Positions 18,674 to 27,737 of a DNA stretch of 64,000 nucleotides are shown in pieces. The stretch covers positions 35,486 through 99,485 of the forward strand of contig JABIFP010000005.1 of assembly GCA_018650645.1 (NCBI GenBank), in the 5' to 3' direction. The stretch is from Candidatus Magasanikiibacteriota bacterium (GTDB taxonomy: Bacteria; Patescibacteriota; Patescibacteriia; Magasanikbacterales; UBA922). Both the position numbers and the translations under genes were made by a program. The notes under the pieces are model-generated. The model did not search any database. It was not told where the DNA came from and saw only the letters and a program-made list of their open reading frames with translations. Each line of letters begins with the position of its first letter. The first letter of the stretch is position 1.

Positions 18674-19039
18674 CTAATATCTATACGGGACTCCCGTTGT
18701 TGCTTCAAATAAGGCACCAGAAACAAATTGTGTGATTGCAAATGCAGCAAGAACAACTCCAAGACCAATAGCCGCAGCTTGTATAGTTCCCTTTGCTTTA
18801 TCAATAGCTTCTGAATTTCCTTGACTCGTCATCCACTGAAAACCGGCTTTGATGATGAGAGACACAAAGATAATACCGAGTAAACCGAGTGCCACATTGA
18901 TAATAGAAACGGCGGTAACGCGTACATCTCTTGATCCTAAACCTGTGGCAGCCCCGTATTCAAGGCCGATGTCTTGCGCAGAAGCGGCAACTGGGAGTGC
19001 TACAAATGCGGCGCAAATTGTCCAAAACGAATATTTCAT
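18674..19039 (-). CDS. TrbC/VirB2-like pilin 8 (minimal form)
   Basis: AGFQWMTSQGNSEAIDKAK core; start taken at MKYSFW. Confidence 0.8.
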   Translation of the reverse strand: MKYSFWTICAAFVALPVAASAQDIGLEYGAATGLGSRDVRVTAVSIINVALGLLGIIFVSLIIKAGFQWMTSQGNSEAIDKAKGTIQAAAIGLGVVLAAFAITQFVSGALFEATTGVPYRY

Positions 19040-19099
19040 AGAGCTATTACTACAGGTGTGCACGGAATGCACAGTTGTAGGAACACCTGAAAGCCCGAA

Positions 19100-19120
19100 G
19101 GGGCAGGAAGTTCCTGCCCC
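19100..19120 (-). terminator. GC-rich stem-loop just downstream of pilin 9
   Basis: GGGGCAGGAA-G-TTCCTGCCCC. Confidence 0.55.
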
Positions 19121-19134
19121 GCGAACGAGTTTCA

Positions 19135-19578
19135 CTATGCTGGATCAAATCCTGCAGTATTGGTTGCAGACCCGAGTGCGTTGATAACGAATCGAGTAAT
19201 AGCCCAAGCTGAAAGAATAATCGCAAGCCCGACAATACCAGAGAAGATAAGCTTTCGCGCTTCTCCAACTTTGTCTTCAGATCCACCAGATGTCATCCAC
19301 TTGAAGCCACCGATAAGAACGACGACTACAGCTACGATACCGAGGAGTGAGAGTGATACGTTGATAATTTTTGAAGCCGTAGTACGGAGATCTTGTTTAC
19401 CAAGAGCAATTCCGTCAGCATCATTATCGATTGGTTCAAGCCCCAAGGGGTCCTCAGGATTAAACTCACCTGGTTGTAACGCTTGTGACATAGATGGAAC
19501 CATGAGTGCCACCATTGCAAAAGCTGCAACAATAGCGATAATTCCACGATGGTGTGAGAGTTTAGCTAGTAAGTACAT
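19135..19578 (-). CDS. TrbC/VirB2-like pilin 9, candidate major subunit
   Basis: GGFKWMTSGGSEDKVGEARK core; strong SD (AAGGGGGTGA) upstream. Confidence 0.82.
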   Translation of the reverse strand: MYLLAKLSHHRGIIAIVAAFAMVALMVPSMSQALQPGEFNPEDPLGLEPIDNDADGIALGKQDLRTTASKIINVSLSLLGIVAVVVVLIGGFKWMTSGGSEDKVGEARKLIFSGIVGLAIILSAWAITRFVINALGSATNTAGFDPA

Positions 19579-19706
19579 ATGTCTCACCCCCTTTCCGCAT
19601 GAAGATGTTCGACATAACCGGTCATATCGACCAGACCAAAGCGCAATATTTGTGCGTTGGGCCGGGCGATACGCTGCTAAGTGGAACAGTTTATTGAATA
19701 ATAAAC

Positions 19707-20123
19707 TTACTTGCCAGTAAGTCCTTTAATAACCAAGCTAAGTATAGCATAGGCCCCAAAAACGATAAAGAGCCCAAGCGCTGAGTAGATCATTGCATGC
19801 CATCCTTTTTTTACTTGCTCTGCAGAACCGGCTGATGTGAGCCACATAAAGCCTCCATAAATGAAGACAAGCAGAGTAAGCGACCCAACAAGTCCGAGTG
19901 CGCTTTTGATAACGCGTGCTGCTAGTTCGTTAATTGGAGCTGTGACATCTTTATCTTTTACTGCCTCTCTACTTATTCCGCGGGGGTTGTCTTTTGTTCC
20001 GCCAATTGGGTTGACGAGTTCCCCTCCAGACACTGTTCCACCTGCTGCGAATAATTGCAGCGGTAAAAACAGGCTTATCATAAGTGGTAGTGCCAGAAGC
20101 ATTGTACGTGATCTTTTTTTCAT
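19707..20123 (-). CDS. TrbC/VirB2-like pilin 10
   Basis: LVNPIG, YGGFMWLTSAGSAEQVKKG core. Confidence 0.8.
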   Translation of the reverse strand: MKKRSRTMLLALPLMISLFLPLQLFAAGGTVSGGELVNPIGGTKDNPRGISREAVKDKDVTAPINELAARVIKSALGLVGSLTLLVFIYGGFMWLTSAGSAEQVKKGWHAMIYSALGLFIVFGAYAILSLVIKGLTGK

Positions 20124-20124
20124 A

Positions 20125-21195
20125 TTACACGAACCAAGAAGTTAGCGCGTCAGTTACTTTTCTAAAGTCGAATTCTTTACTCACGCCAAGCGTATCAAGA
20201 ATAAATCCTACCAGCATATATGCGCTGAAAGAGATGGCAATACCAATCACTGCGGCTCCTAATATACTTTTTCCTTTCTTTACTTTGTCAGGGGAACCGA
20301 ATGATAAAATGATAGTAACACCACCGTAGATAAAGAAGGCAAGTGCTATGGTTCCGATAACGCCAAAGAGGATACGTGCAGCATTGATTAGGAGTTGTAC
20401 TAAATCATTTACATTTCTGCAGCCGCTATAACTAAATGCGCAATCGGGGATTGGTCCATCATAATTTGTTGGTGCACCGCGGACAGGTTTTCCGCCAACG
20501 TCGCCCCGGCATTCTGGGCAGGTTTGTACGCAGGCTTGGTGATTTTTTTGGAGGCACTCCTGTCTTGAAACAGTATTGAGAGGGGCATCTTCTCCTGATC
20601 CCAGGGGTGCCCCGATTTCGGGGCATTCAGGAACAAGCGAGCTATCAGACTGTGCCGTCATAAATACTTCACAATCGTCTTTAGTTTTAAAATTATCTTC
20701 AGGTTTTGCAACACGGCCAGCTAAACAGTCAGCAAATTTTGTTTTGCATGCATCGTTGTAGCCATCTGGAAGTGTACCGCCACGTAGGGAACAGTTTTGT
20801 GTTTCTAATTCTGCTCTACAGTGGAGTGCCTTTATGGGTGCAGATTGAAAGACTCTTCCACTTACAATCGGACTAATTCGTGCAGGAGTATAGTTTCCTG
20901 CTGGTCTAGCTTGTGTGCGGGTAAAGCCGGCACCACAGTCCTGAATTTTACAATTATTGTATCGAGGTAGTGTACAGATTTGTGCGCAGGCTGGTTGGTG
21001 ACGGCCTTCAGTGGTGTCAAACTGAATACAAATATTTCTTTTTTCGTCGAGGTCTTCAAAGACACAGGATTCTGTGTATCTATCGTCATCTACATCACCT
21101 GGATCATATCCATAGTCTGCATTTGCTGCAGCGGGAAAGATACATAATAATGAAAAAAGAGATAGGTAAAGGAATTGTTTCAGTATGTATCGCAT
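20125..21195 (-). CDS. Pilin 11: long Cys-rich N-terminal domain fused to a C-terminal VirB2-like pilin
   Basis: Signal peptide, about 240 aa Cys-rich region, YGGVTIILSFGSPDKVKKGK core. Confidence 0.78.
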   Translation of the reverse strand: MRYILKQFLYLSLFSLLCIFPAAANADYGYDPGDVDDDRYTESCVFEDLDEKRNICIQFDTTEGRHQPACAQICTLPRYNNCKIQDCGAGFTRTQARPAGNYTPARISPIVSGRVFQSAPIKALHCRAELETQNCSLRGGTLPDGYNDACKTKFADCLAGRVAKPEDNFKTKDDCEVFMTAQSDSSLVPECPEIGAPLGSGEDAPLNTVSRQECLQKNHQACVQTCPECRGDVGGKPVRGAPTNYDGPIPDCAFSYSGCRNVNDLVQLLINAARILFGVIGTIALAFFIYGGVTIILSFGSPDKVKKGKSILGAAVIGIAISFSAYMLVGFILDTLGVSKEFDFRKVTDALTSWFV

Positions 21196-21196
21196 A

Positions 21197-22558
21197 TTAC
21201 ATCGTTTGCTGCATGCGTCTTGCAGCTTGATTTAATAAGCTCGCATCTCTATCTTCCTGATCAACATCATCTGGCACAGGAAGAAGATGCGCTTCAATCA
21301 GTGCTTCAAAAATATTTTCTGCAACGTCAGCGTTACTTCCTTGGTACCAGTTTCTTGCAGTAAGTAAGTTTACAACAAAGGGTTCAAGTAGTGGGTCTTC
21401 TAAACTTTCAGCAATATGTAATCTATATGGAGAAGGTTGGCGTGTTGCTGCAGTATATGTTTTTACATTTTCTTGTGATCCAATAAATCTAAGGAAGTCC
21501 CAGGCATAATCAGGCTCAGTTGTTTTTTTCACAACAGTTTCTACCCAATAGTTTGCGATATTTGTGGGGTTAGCAGGATCAAGTTGTGGAAGTGCAACAA
21601 CATCTAAATTTAATTGTGGATTTGCTGCGCGGATTCGTCCAGCATCAAAGGCGTATCCAATATAGAACACACTTCGGCCTCGTACAAATGCATCAAATGC
21701 ATTTTCTTGACGGTTGTTCCAGGTGTATGTGTCTCTGTCTTGCTGCGCAAAGTCGGTATAAAAACGAAGTACTTCTAATGCTGGCGCTTCTTCTGAACGT
21801 GTTCCACCTGTGGCAAAGCTGACAATACCATTTTCTGCTACACGCAATTTGCGTTGCATCATAAGTGTTGCCAAAATGTCTGGGGCATTATCTATATTAG
21901 TTGCTGTTCCCATTGCTACTCCAGATTGCACTATATCGTCTTGAGAATTAAATCGAGTTGATTTTTTCACAGCGTCTACAAATTCGTCCCATGTTGCTGG
22001 GGGAGTCGCAACACCCGCTCTGTCGAGCAAATCTTTATTATAATAAAGTGCTAAAGAATCCATGGCTAAAGGAAGACCATAAATTGCACCATTTCTGACA
22101 ACATCTGCGCCTACTGCGCTTACATAGTTTTGCCGAATGTTTGAAGCACTTGGCATGGCATTAATCTCTGGTTCTACCACAGTTTCTTTTACGTATTGTC
22201 CTTTTACATATACGTTAGAAACGCGAGTTGCTCTGGGCATTTCGAGTAGCCGTGGTTGATATTTACTGATATCTTTTGCATGTACAGAAATAATATCTGG
22301 TGCAACATCATCCGCGAGCGCATTTACAAACTTGTCTTCAAATTCTTCAAATCGCACTTGTCTAATATTTATTTGTACCTGCGGCTTTCTAGCTGAATAA
22401 GCAGAAGCGAATTGTCTGAGCTGCGATACGTTTCCAAAAACAGTCCAATAATCAAGCGTAACGCGCTGTGTGCGTTGCACTTCGGCAGCTGTTGGTCCTT
22501 TACATCCAAATCCAAAGAGAAGGAGGAGTGATAGGGTAAAAACTAAATAGCGTTTCAT
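21197..22558 (-). CDS. Extracellular solute-binding lipoprotein, family 1 (sugar-type)
   Basis: Lipobox-like FGFGC; IYGLPLAMDSLALYYNKDLL...PPATWDEF. Confidence 0.88.
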   Translation of the reverse strand: MKRYLVFTLSLLLLFGFGCKGPTAAEVQRTQRVTLDYWTVFGNVSQLRQFASAYSARKPQVQINIRQVRFEEFEDKFVNALADDVAPDIISVHAKDISKYQPRLLEMPRATRVSNVYVKGQYVKETVVEPEINAMPSASNIRQNYVSAVGADVVRNGAIYGLPLAMDSLALYYNKDLLDRAGVATPPATWDEFVDAVKKSTRFNSQDDIVQSGVAMGTATNIDNAPDILATLMMQRKLRVAENGIVSFATGGTRSEEAPALEVLRFYTDFAQQDRDTYTWNNRQENAFDAFVRGRSVFYIGYAFDAGRIRAANPQLNLDVVALPQLDPANPTNIANYWVETVVKKTTEPDYAWDFLRFIGSQENVKTYTAATRQPSPYRLHIAESLEDPLLEPFVVNLLTARNWYQGSNADVAENIFEALIEAHLLPVPDDVDQEDRDASLLNQAARRMQQTM

Positions 22559-22571
22559 AGGGTACGGGCTA

Positions 22572-23354
22572 TTAAGTAAACGCATTTTCAATAATGAATT
22601 GAACAATCGCGTAAGAGCCTAGAACGATTAAGATACCAAGAGCTCCCCAATATAAAATTTCTTTTGCTTCGTTTTCTCTTTGTGCATTCCCTGTTGCTAC
22701 CATCCAGAGAATTCCTGCGTATACCATGACTACCAGCGCAATTGTTCCAATGATACCCATGGCTGTTTTAATTACACGACCGATGAGTTTTTGTGGAGAG
22801 GTGCCTGGAAGTTGGTCGAGGGCTTTTAAAGACGCTCCAAGGTTTCCGTCTGATGTTGCGAAGAGAGACTTGTCGCCGTCAGCAGACGTACCATACCACT
22901 GACAATTTGTGTAAATTGATCGATTGAGTGTTCCTTTTTCTTCTGGCTTTATGCTTTGGCCTGATTCGGCATTATCAAGCTGATTCCCCACGCTATCATC
23001 GCTACAGTTTGATTGGTTTAAGGAAGGCACCAGCTTAGGTTCGTTGGCACTTGTGCGTTCTTCGTTAGTTACTGTGCAATAACATCCTTCTTTTTTATCA
23101 GCACAGGCTTTATATTCATTTCCTTTCTTATAATTTTGTAGGCAAGTAAGGACTTTATCAATGGTAATATTTGTTGTTGCATTACACTGAGAAATTCCAG
23201 CTTGTAAACACTGTTTTTCTCTAGAAGACAGTCCTCCTAAATCTAATTTTCCAGAGCTGATACTTTGCGCCATCACATCAACCGGAAACAGCAAAGCAAC
23301 ACAAAAAAACATGATTGCTATAAAAAATGTATGTGACAAGCGTTTCAAAAACAT
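22572..23354 (-). CDS. Pilin 12: Cys-rich N-terminal domain fused to a VirB2-like pilin
   Basis: Signal peptide, 8-Cys region, YAGILWMVATGNAQRENEAK core. Confidence 0.78.
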   Translation of the reverse strand: MFLKRLSHTFFIAIMFFCVALLFPVDVMAQSISSGKLDLGGLSSREKQCLQAGISQCNATTNITIDKVLTCLQNYKKGNEYKACADKKEGCYCTVTNEERTSANEPKLVPSLNQSNCSDDSVGNQLDNAESGQSIKPEEKGTLNRSIYTNCQWYGTSADGDKSLFATSDGNLGASLKALDQLPGTSPQKLIGRVIKTAMGIIGTIALVVMVYAGILWMVATGNAQRENEAKEILYWGALGILIVLGSYAIVQFIIENAFT

Positions 23355-23355
23355 A

Positions 23356-24225
23356 CTAACAGTGAGAAGAAATAATTTCTTTTAGTGCCGGGTCTTTTTG
23401 TGCAAAGTGAAGCGTTGCTGTGAGAAGTGCTCCTTTGTTTCCTGTGTCGAAGTACTGTCCATCATATTCATACGCAAGGAATTTTTTCTTGCGGGCCATT
23501 TCGTTTGCTGCATCCGCTACCCAAATCTCTCCATCTTTTCCGTTTCCTTGTTTTTCTAGCATCTTCCAGATGTCTTTGGTAAAGATGTAGCGCATGCCCC
23601 CAATAATAAGGCCGTGCGGAGAGGTATTTTTTTCTGCAGGTTTTTCTACAAATTTTTGTACTTTATACAATCTACTTTCTTTTTCCTGTTTAGCAAATAC
23701 GTTTCCGTATTTGGTCATTGCCGCGCGGTCCTCTATTCGTTGCACACCAATAACCGGCGCTTGATGCCTGTTATACACTTTCATGAGCTGCTTAATAACA
23801 GGTGTTTTAGCATCAATAATACTGTCTCCGTCAGAGAATGCGAACGGCTCATCGCCTACAAAATGGCGGGCACACAGAAGTGCATGTCCATTTCCAAGTG
23901 GTGCCGATTGGCGTGTGTAAAAAAATTGCACTTTACTTGTAAGATCGATAAGTGGCTGGAGTCGGTCTAGTTTTCCTTTGCTCTTTAAAAACGCTTCAAA
24001 ATCTTTGTTTCTGTCAAAGTGATCTTCAATAGCGCGTTTTTGAGAACTTGTGACAAAGATAATTTGCTCAATACCACTTTCTACCATTTCTTCAACAATA
24101 TATTGTAATACTGGCTTATCCAAAACGGGAAGCATTTCTTTTGGCATTGCCTTCGTTGCTGGCAGGAATCGTGTTCCAAGTCCTGCTACAACAATAACTC
24201 CTTTTCTTACTTTCTCTTTTGGCAT
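23356..24225 (-). CDS. galU: UTP-glucose-1-phosphate uridylyltransferase
   Basis: AGLGTRFLPATKAMPKEMLP, Q...LGNGHA. Confidence 0.92.
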   Translation of the reverse strand: MPKEKVRKGVIVVAGLGTRFLPATKAMPKEMLPVLDKPVLQYIVEEMVESGIEQIIFVTSSQKRAIEDHFDRNKDFEAFLKSKGKLDRLQPLIDLTSKVQFFYTRQSAPLGNGHALLCARHFVGDEPFAFSDGDSIIDAKTPVIKQLMKVYNRHQAPVIGVQRIEDRAAMTKYGNVFAKQEKESRLYKVQKFVEKPAEKNTSPHGLIIGGMRYIFTKDIWKMLEKQGNGKDGEIWVADAANEMARKKKFLAYEYDGQYFDTGNKGALLTATLHFAQKDPALKEIISSHC

Positions 24226-24322
24226 ATAAAAAAGTGCTGTTTTATGCGAAATTTTCGCAGATAAGATACTGCGCGTAGTATAACAAAAAAGTTGCGTGGT
24301 GCATACTCCTTATATACGTCAA

Positions 24323-24355
24323 AATAAAAAATGAGCCAGTAGCTCATTTTTTATT
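24323..24355 (-). terminator. Terminator after rpsR
   Basis: AATAAAAAATGAGC-N5-GCTCATTTTTTATT. Confidence 0.7.
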
Positions 24356-24370
24356 GTTTGAAAATGTCTT

Positions 24371-24589
24371 TTATTTAGGCACAAATGCGATAAGTCCTGC
24401 AATGCGCGCCTGTTTGATTGCTCGTGCTACTCTTCGTTGGTGAAGTGCGCAGAGACCATTTCTTTTTCTTGGTGTGATCTTCATGTATGAAGAAACATAC
24501 CGTCTAAGAAGTGATACTTCTTTATAATCAACAGTAAGAACGTTGTTATGGCAGAAGTGGCAATATTTACTTGTTATGTTTTTTTTCAT
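24371..24589 (-). CDS. rpsR: 30S ribosomal protein S18
   Basis: CHFC, VDYKE, HQRRVARAIKQAR; rpsF-ssb-rpsR order. Confidence 0.95.
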   Translation of the reverse strand: MKKNITSKYCHFCHNNVLTVDYKEVSLLRRYVSSYMKITPRKRNGLCALHQRRVARAIKQARIAGLIAFVPK

Positions 24590-24602
24590 AAATTCGGTTT
24601 AT

Positions 24603-25076
24603 CTAAAATGGGATATCCTCAACCTTGATTTCAGCATCTTCTGGTGCAGCTGCTGGAGTGCTTGGAGGAGTATATGTTTGAGAGTTGTTATTGCTATTAT
24701 TGTTGTTGTATTGCTTTGGCGCACCACCTTGGGCACCGCCTTCTCCTCTTGGCCCATCGAGCATAATGAGGTTTTCTGCAATAATTTCTGTTCTGTATTT
24801 CTTTACTCCATCTTGTCCAGTCCAATCGCGAGTTTCGATTCTTCCTTCCAAGTATACTCGGCGTCCCTTTGATAGATATTGTGCTGCAATATCAGCAAGT
24901 TTTCCCCAAAGTACCACATTGTGAAACTCCGTTCGTTCTTGTTTTACGCCTTGTTGATCATTCCAGACTCTTCCTGTCGCGATAGAGATTGACGTTACGT
25001 TTCTTCCATTTGACGTTGTACGCACTTCAGGATCACGAGTGAGTCTTCCAAGGAGGCTTGCTCTATTAAGGTCCAT
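24603..25076 (-). CDS. ssb: Single-stranded DNA-binding protein
   Basis: GRLTRDPE, TEFH, C-terminal DIPF. Confidence 0.97.
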   Translation of the reverse strand: MDLNRASLLGRLTRDPEVRTTSNGRNVTSISIATGRVWNDQQGVKQERTEFHNVVLWGKLADIAAQYLSKGRRVYLEGRIETRDWTGQDGVKKYRTEIIAENLIMLDGPRGEGGAQGGAPKQYNNNNSNNNSQTYTPPSTPAAAPEDAEIKVEDIPF

Positions 25077-25108
25077 ACTAAGTATGTTAATGAATACCGC
25101 CGATCAAT

Positions 25109-25645
25109 TTATACGTCTGAAATGCTTTTTTCAAGAATTTCATCAAGTTTTTCATCGATCTTCTCCAATGGTACACTATTTTTCTCTGCTTCGTCACTTT
25201 TTTCTTCAGTTTTCTCTTCTTTTTCTTCAGTTTCTTTCTTTTCTGCAGCTTTTGGAGCTTCTTTTTTCACTTCAGGTCGATCTTTTTTGACCTTGTGTGC
25301 TCCTCGAATGATTTCATTCACAGTTTCTTGAGAAGCTGGAATTTCTTTGGCTGTTTTTGGATCAATAACTTGCAAAACATGTCGGAGAAGTTCTCCATTT
25401 AGTCGAAGTTTTTGACTCAAAGCTGCCATATGTTCAGGTTCAAGCTCGAATCGGATGATAAAGAAATATCCGTATCGGATGTGCTTGATTGGGTAAGCCA
25501 ATCGGCTTTTTCCCATGTCGTGAAGAGAAATTTCTGTTGCGCCTGCGGCTGCAACCGTTTCTTTCACTGCTTCAGCCTGAGCTGAAACTTCTGTTTCTGC
25601 AACCGTTCCTGGGAAGATGCAGAGCATTTCGTAGTTAGTCGCCAT
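25109..25645 (-). CDS. rpsF: 30S ribosomal protein S6 with a charged C-terminal extension
   Basis: YEMLCI, MGKSRLAYPIK, GYF; operon context. Confidence 0.93.
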   Translation of the reverse strand: MATNYEMLCIFPGTVAETEVSAQAEAVKETVAAAGATEISLHDMGKSRLAYPIKHIRYGYFFIIRFELEPEHMAALSQKLRLNGELLRHVLQVIDPKTAKEIPASQETVNEIIRGAHKVKKDRPEVKKEAPKAAEKKETEEKEEKTEEKSDEAEKNSVPLEKIDEKLDEILEKSISDV

Positions 25646-25800
25646 AGCTAGATAAAAATGTACTAAAATTACGCGCGTACTATAACAAAATGGGGTTATC
25701 GTGTCAAGGGAAATACTGTTATTTGTTGCTCAGCAAACCTATCCGCAGAATTGTGTGGTCTGCGCTGAGTGAGTGTGATATACTTGTTGTAGAGAAAAAT

Positions 25801-26895
25801 ATGTATAAAACGGCTCAAAAAGTCTTATTTTTAGCACTATTGTGCTCGTTTTTGGGTATGAGTGTGTATTCTGTGCAGGCTGTTATGGAAGGGGGCGATT
25901 ATGAAATTTATGCGGACACCTTTTCTTCTATAGATGGCTCAGCTGTTGCTGGTGGAGGGTATCAAATATATCAAACAAGTGGTGAAGGGTACGCAGATAA
26001 TTATACGCAGGCAGTTACGGGGCAAATTACAGCATCGGGAACTCTGTTTGGCATCGATGAAGTAGTATATATAAGTGATGGCAGTACCACTACTCGATTC
26101 TTATATATAAATTTGGGCGGTGGAAACAGTGGATATTGCTATAACACAACTACCTTTAATCAATCTGGGCAGCCTTGCGTGAATAATCTTGTATTGATTG
26201 ATATTGGTGGCGGGTGTGATTTTGACCCGGTGTGTCTGGCAAATGCAACATATGATGCTATGGTAAGTTCTTCAGAGAAATTTCTAATGTCTGTTTCAAC
26301 CAGTACAAATGCCACAGTAAATTTGACCAATGCAAACCCTGATGCTACAGGGAATGTGGCAATTACAGATGAAGTGGCTGATGCAAACTACATAGTAAGT
26401 GGAATGACCATTAGCGGGGATAGTTATATATTAAAAGCAGGTTTTCAGGCGATGGAAAAGGGTTCGGTTACGATGACGCTAAGCACAAGCTCTCTTTCGT
26501 TTGGAACGCTGAGTGAGAGTACACTTACAACAAGCTCTATTATTGCTACAGTAACTTCAGATACCACTACAGGGTACGGAGTGACCGTTTCGGAAGATAC
26601 AAATTTATGTATTGGTGGAGTTAACTGTACGTTGGACGCGAATAATATTGATGACATTGTTGTAGCTCCAGTAGCGGCAGGTTCTGAAGGCTATGGTATG
26701 AAAACTTCAGGTGGTGCAGGACTTCTTGCGGCTGATACAGCGATTACAAGCGATGGAGTAGCTACAATAAACTCTGGAACAGATGTTACATCGCAGCAAA
26801 CGACCATACTTTTTAGTGTAGCAATCGATGCGGCTCAAACAATAGCCGGAGCATATTCACATACGGTGACAGTCACTGCAACAGCTAATCCATAG
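25801..26895 (+). CDS. Secreted beta-rich surface protein with a WxL-like C-terminus
   Basis: Signal peptide; Thr/Ser/Gly-rich; ends AGAYSHTVTVTATANP. Confidence 0.6.
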   Translation: MYKTAQKVLFLALLCSFLGMSVYSVQAVMEGGDYEIYADTFSSIDGSAVAGGGYQIYQTSGEGYADNYTQAVTGQITASGTLFGIDEVVYISDGSTTTRFLYINLGGGNSGYCYNTTTFNQSGQPCVNNLVLIDIGGGCDFDPVCLANATYDAMVSSSEKFLMSVSTSTNATVNLTNANPDATGNVAITDEVADANYIVSGMTISGDSYILKAGFQAMEKGSVTMTLSTSSLSFGTLSESTLTTSSIIATVTSDTTTGYGVTVSEDTNLCIGGVNCTLDANNIDDIVVAPVAAGSEGYGMKTSGGAGLLAADTAITSDGVATINSGTDVTSQQTTILFSVAIDAAQTIAGAYSHTVTVTATANP

Positions 26896-26896
26896 T

Positions 26897-27736
26897 ATGT
26901 ATATTCGGCTCATGAGTTTACTTGCGCTTGCGCTCTTATTGCCGAGTAGCGTACTTGCGCTTACCGTTTCTCCGCCGCGCCAAACGGTGACGGTGGCTCC
27001 TGGGGAAACAGCAGAACTACCACTCTATGTAATAAATGAGGAGCGTGTTCCCGTTGTTATCAAAGGAGAAGTCGATGCATTTAGAATTGATCAGGAATCT
27101 GGAACGGCAATGTTTGGTCAGCCAGATAGGGCCAAAACATGGATTATTCCAAGGGAAAAAAAAGTTGTATTGCAACCAGGAGAGTCTGCAAGTCTAACAT
27201 TTGATGTGCGTATTCCAGAGGGCGCGTTGCCTGGGGCACATTATATGGGAGTGTTTGCAAGCGCAGCTGCGGGAGAGGGAAATGTGGGTGCAAAAGCTCG
27301 GATTGGATCGCTTGTATTTTTACATGTTGCGGGGGAAGTCCATGAAGAAGCGCGTATTGTTGATGTGTCTACAAAACAGTTTATTGTAAAAGAGAATACC
27401 GCAGAAGTATATATACGAGTAGAAAATTTGGGAGATATTCATATTATTCCAGAAGGAACCGTAACGCTTATTGGAGAAGAAACGCAGACACCGATTAATG
27501 TTTCGCAAGAAAAAGTGTTGGCAGATCACGCGCATACAATGGCGGTACCTGTGCCACTCGAGTTGCGGCATATCGGAAAACAAAAAGCGCGAGTTGCAGT
27601 AACGTATGGCGTAACGCAGCAACAATTATTTGAAGAAGTGACCTTTTATTATGTGCCGTTATGGCTGCGTTTTGCAGCAGGTGGAATATTTCTTCTATTA
27701 GTAATTGGAGCAAGTATATTTTTTACAAGAAAGTAG
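26897..27736 (+). CDS. DUF916/WxL-interacting-like membrane-anchored Ig-fold protein
   Basis: ALTVSPP, PGAHY, VENLGDIHIIP, C-terminal TM. Confidence 0.6.
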   Translation: MYIRLMSLLALALLLPSSVLALTVSPPRQTVTVAPGETAELPLYVINEERVPVVIKGEVDAFRIDQESGTAMFGQPDRAKTWIIPREKKVVLQPGESASLTFDVRIPEGALPGAHYMGVFASAAAGEGNVGAKARIGSLVFLHVAGEVHEEARIVDVSTKQFIVKENTAEVYIRVENLGDIHIIPEGTVTLIGEETQTPINVSQEKVLADHAHTMAVPVPLELRHIGKQKARVAVTYGVTQQQLFEEVTFYYVPLWLRFAAGGIFLLLVIGASIFFTRK

Positions 27737-27737
27737 T

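Noticed and set aside
14714-23354. Conjugative element/ICE or type IV (PilA-type) pilins
   Set aside because: No VirB4, VirD4, relaxase or integrase in the window, and the proteins lack the GFTLIE prepilin motif
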